16,034 nucleotides of DNA. It comes from Planctomycetota bacterium (GTDB lineage Bacteria > Planctomycetota > PLA2). The position numbers and the translations under genes were made by a program. Below are positions 13,361 to 16,034 of the stretch, one piece after another; positions within the stretch are counted from its first letter, which is position 1, and each line of letters begins with the position of its first letter. The stretch is from assembly GCA_039182715.1 (NCBI GenBank), contig JBCDBY010000076.1, forward strand, positions 1 through 16,034, in the 5' to 3' direction. The notes beneath the pieces were generated by a model. It was not told where the DNA came from and did not search any database. It was given only the letters and a program-made list of their open reading frames with translations.

Positions 13361-15085
13361 CTACTTCGGCCTCCAGCCGTTCACGACCTTCTTGCTGAAC
13401 TCCTCGATCCGCTTCCCCAGCTCCTCCTCGCTCATGCCGAACGCCGCCTGGATGGACGTCTTGTCCTTCTGGCCGGTGTAGTAGTTCGTCACGTAGTCGA
13501 GCAGCGCGTCGCGGTACTTGCCGTTCTCGGCGTGATAGAGGTACGAGCACGCCGCACCCGACTGCTTGTAGAAGAGCAGCATCTCGCTCATGCCCATCGG
13601 GAACAGGTTCCACCGGCCCTTGTAGCGCGCCATCGGCTTCTGCGCGTCGACCTCGGTGTTCAGCTGCACCTTCGTGATGGTGAACAGCTTCTTCCAGTCC
13701 ATCAAGTTCTTCGCGCGCGCGATGGAGTCCACGGAGTCGAAGCTCATCATCTTCGGGTTGAAGTGCGCCCACTTGCCGCGATCGAGGTCGAAGCGCGTCT
13801 CCTGCAGGAAGACGGCCATGCCCTCGACGATCCAGACGCCCGGCGTCGTGACCGAGTCCTCGATCTTCGGCTGCTCCGGGCGCGACCAGCGGGGATTGCG
13901 CTCCTGGATCCAGTGGTGGGTCAGTTCGTGGACGAAGGTCTCCTTGACCGATTCCCACGCACCGGCCCGGTCGGGCCAGAAGAAGCGCGAGACGTTCTCG
14001 GACGGCACGTAGTGGCCCGCCGACATCGCGATCATCGGGTTCGGCGCCACGCCGCGTCCCATGCCCGAGAGCTCGATGTACTCCTTGCGATTCGCGTAAA
14101 GGTAGATGACGAGCGGATCGCTGTCCCCGCGCTTGGGGGCTTCCGTCTGCATCATCTTCGCCAGCGACTGCGCGGTGAAGCGCGCGATCGACACGCAGAG
14201 GCGCACGACGTCGGTCCGCTCCATCGGCGTGATGAAGACGATCTCGGATGTCTCCACGCCGAAGATCGGCTTCGACTCGAACTTGCCGGTGTCCGGGTTT
14301 CGCTGCGTCCAGAGCTGCTTGGCGCGCTCCATCTCCGGATGGCTCATGTCGAGCATGCGGATGCGGCCGAACTTCGACGGCAGCACGTCCACCTGCCAGT
14401 TGAGCCACACGCGCGTGCGCTCGCGCATCTTGGCGACCTGGTCCTTGCTGCGGCGGCGGCGCCGGCGGCGGCGACTGCCGGAGCGCGCGGCGCGACCCGA
14501 GGGGCCGACCTTGTCGAGCACCTTGAGGCCGTCCTCGTTCTCCGCGTCCGCGTTGAGCGCCTCGCGCAGCAGCTGCAGTCCGCGCTCCGACTCCTCGACG
14601 GCGCCGTTCGCCACGGCGCGGGTGGTGACGAACGAGGCGTACGCCTGGTCCGCGCCGAGGTCGAATTCGCCCTTCTTCTCGGCGTCGATCTTGGCGATCT
14701 TCGCCTTGAACGCGTCGAGCTCGTTCGGCTCGAGTCCGAGCCGGTCGCCCTGCTGCAGCAGCGCCCGCGCGGTGTCGCCCGCGCCGGCCTCGATCGCCTT
14801 CGTGATCAGCTCGCGGCAGCGCGTGCGCAGCTGGCGGTCGACGATGACGCGATAGGCGCGCAGCTGGTCGCGCAGCACCGGCTCGTTCTTGAGCTTGCCG
14901 GCGTCGTCCTCCCAGAGGAGCACGTCCGAGTTCGGCACGCTGCGGCCGGCCACCTGCAGGTTTTCGCCGCTTGCGGTTACCTCGCCCTCCAGGATCGTGC
15001 GGTCGCGCAGGACGACGGTGTCGCCGAGCGCGATCGAGGTGATCAGGAGCAGGCAGGTCAGTGAGTTCCGGTTTCTCGTCATCAT
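13361..15085 (-). CDS. secreted HEXXH zinc-metallopeptidase-like protein (gluzincin-type; signal peptide; internal Arg8 tract)
   Basis: 574 aa. N-terminal signal-like segment (LTCLLLITSIALG). HEXXH in FVHELTHHWI with a downstream Glu (VEGMAVF). Poly-Arg RRRRRRRR near residue 205. The ATG overlaps the upstream TGA in ATGA. Confidence 0.65.
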   Translation of the reverse strand: MMTRNRNSLTCLLLITSIALGDTVVLRDRTILEGEVTASGENLQVAGRSVPNSDVLLWEDDAGKLKNEPVLRDQLRAYRVIVDRQLRTRCRELITKAIEAGAGDTARALLQQGDRLGLEPNELDAFKAKIAKIDAEKKGEFDLGADQAYASFVTTRAVANGAVEESERGLQLLREALNADAENEDGLKVLDKVGPSGRAARSGSRRRRRRRRSKDQVAKMRERTRVWLNWQVDVLPSKFGRIRMLDMSHPEMERAKQLWTQRNPDTGKFESKPIFGVETSEIVFITPMERTDVVRLCVSIARFTAQSLAKMMQTEAPKRGDSDPLVIYLYANRKEYIELSGMGRGVAPNPMIAMSAGHYVPSENVSRFFWPDRAGAWESVKETFVHELTHHWIQERNPRWSRPEQPKIEDSVTTPGVWIVEGMAVFLQETRFDLDRGKWAHFNPKMMSFDSVDSIARAKNLMDWKKLFTITKVQLNTEVDAQKPMARYKGRWNLFPMGMSEMLLFYKQSGAACSYLYHAENGKYRDALLDYVTNYYTGQKDKTSIQAAFGMSEEELGKRIEEFSKKVVNGWRPK

Positions 15086-16034
15086 TGGCCGATCACCTCG
15101 GGCTGCAGGCAGAGAATCTTCTTCTTGTCTCTGGATACGACCATCAGCCGGTCGTTTTCAACCGGCACCGGGCGCAGGCTCACGCCTTTTTCCAGCAGCT
15201 TGCGCTCGGGCCGTTCGTGCAGATGCCAGAGAATGCGGTTGGCGTTGAGGTTGCCGCACCAGAGGCCGGGGCAGAACCACTCGCCCAGCGCGATCGGCAT
15301 GGCCGCGCCCCGCAGCAGGTCCTTGCGGTCGTCCGCGTTGACGAGCGGCCGCTTGTTGTTCTTGACGCCCTTCGACTTGGGCGGCGAGTGGTACCGGTAG
15401 AGCATGAAGGTGCGCTCCTTGTCCACGAAGCCCATGGCGCTGCGCGGGTAGAGCATCGGCTCTTCCGTGAAGGGAACCTCCCACGGGCGGGAGAGCGCGA
15501 GCTTGCCGTCCTCGACCGTGCGGCGCACCAGCACCCAGCGATCGCCGACCCGCACGCACGCCAGGTCGTTGTTGACCGCGACGAGTCCGTCCTTCGCACC
15601 GGCGCCGAGCTGCACGCGCGCGACTTCGCGGCCGTCGAGGCGGGCGCGGGCGACGAGGCTCGCCTTGTCGCCGCTCGTCTCGATCGAGTAGATCTCGTTG
15701 CCGTAGAGGGCGGGCGCGCCGAGGGCATTGCTGCCTTTCGACCAGGCGGGTTTGTCGCTGCCGGGCCGCAGCCGGAACAGCTGGCCGCCCTGGGTCAGGT
15801 AGAGCTCGCCGCGGAAGATGCAGGGCGCGCTCGCGTCGGGCTTCAGCTCGGTGCTCCAGCGCCGCACGAGCCCGCTGCCGCGTCGGCGCCACTGCACCAG
15901 GCGGTTGCCGAGGTGGAGGAAGGCGGCGCCGTCGTCGAGCGCGGCGCCGCGCACCGTGCCGACCTTCTCGCTTGCGAGCTTCTTGCCGGTCTCCCCGTCG
16001 AGCACGAAGAGCTGCTCGCCGACCTGCACCCAGA
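15082..16034 (-). CDS. PQQ-like/BamB-like beta-propeller repeat protein, C-terminal portion; 5' end outside window
   Basis: The frame is open to the window edge. It shows repeated beta-propeller-like blades (LYLTQGGQLF, IYSIETSGD, LVAVNNDLACVRVGDRWVLV). The stop overlaps the start of the metallopeptidase gene, so the two form an operon. Confidence 0.55.
   Translation of the reverse strand, partial: WVQVGEQLFVLDGETGKKLASEKVGTVRGAALDDGAAFLHLGNRLVQWRRRGSGLVRRWSTELKPDASAPCIFRGELYLTQGGQLFRLRPGSDKPAWSKGSNALGAPALYGNEIYSIETSGDKASLVARARLDGREVARVQLGAGAKDGLVAVNNDLACVRVGDRWVLVRRTVEDGKLALSRPWEVPFTEEPMLYPRSAMGFVDKERTFMLYRYHSPPKSKGVKNNKRPLVNADDRKDLLRGAAMPIALGEWFCPGLWCGNLNANRILWHLHERPERKLLEKGVSLRPVPVENDRLMVVSRDKKKILCLQPEVIGQ

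Noticed and set aside
13190-15064. 624-aa plus-strand ORF and 13284-14408 minus ORF across the metallopeptidase gene
   Set aside because: Arg/Leu/Ala-rich shadow frames. The chosen frame has a signal peptide, an HEXXH motif and operon coupling to the upstream propeller gene.

Overview
This is about 70% GC bacterial chromosomal DNA. It is densely coding, with 16 protein genes on both strands and no rRNA, tRNA, CRISPR or recognisable IS/transposase. Many additional six-frame ORFs are Arg/Ala/Pro-rich shadow frames typical of high-GC DNA, and they were discarded. Gene content, in order: the C-terminal part of an S8/subtilisin protease; a DinB-like protein; a membrane fatty-acid desaturase; an ATP-grasp-like protein; an nfeD plus SPFH/flotillin operon; a Kelch-propeller lipoprotein; an operon of a fused TPP-dependent E1 alpha/beta dehydrogenase, a FabD-like acyltransferase and a CPBP (Abi/CAAX) intramembrane protease fused to an unknown C-terminal domain; a YtoQ-family protein; two divergent small membrane proteins; and a two-gene operon of a partial beta-propeller protein and a secreted HEXXH metallopeptidase. 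The most unusual signal is non-coding. Three of the four convergent-gene junctions (about 3122-3272, 7049-7249 and 12062-12201) are each filled by a copy of the same composite element. Its left arm is a tandem array of 7-nt units (T-NN-ACGT), the middle is a GC-rich hairpin core, and the right arm is the inverted array (NN-ACGT-Y). Because ACGT is self-complementary, the whole element can fold into a long imperfect hairpin of over 100 nt. In copy B both convergent TGA stop codons lie inside the terminal heptamers (on the left in copy A, while the left stop of copy C lies just outside). I do not recognise this as a described repeat family. It looks like a genome-specific bidirectional-terminator/REP-like element with VNTR potential: copy B has 11 heptamers on one arm and 5 on the other.
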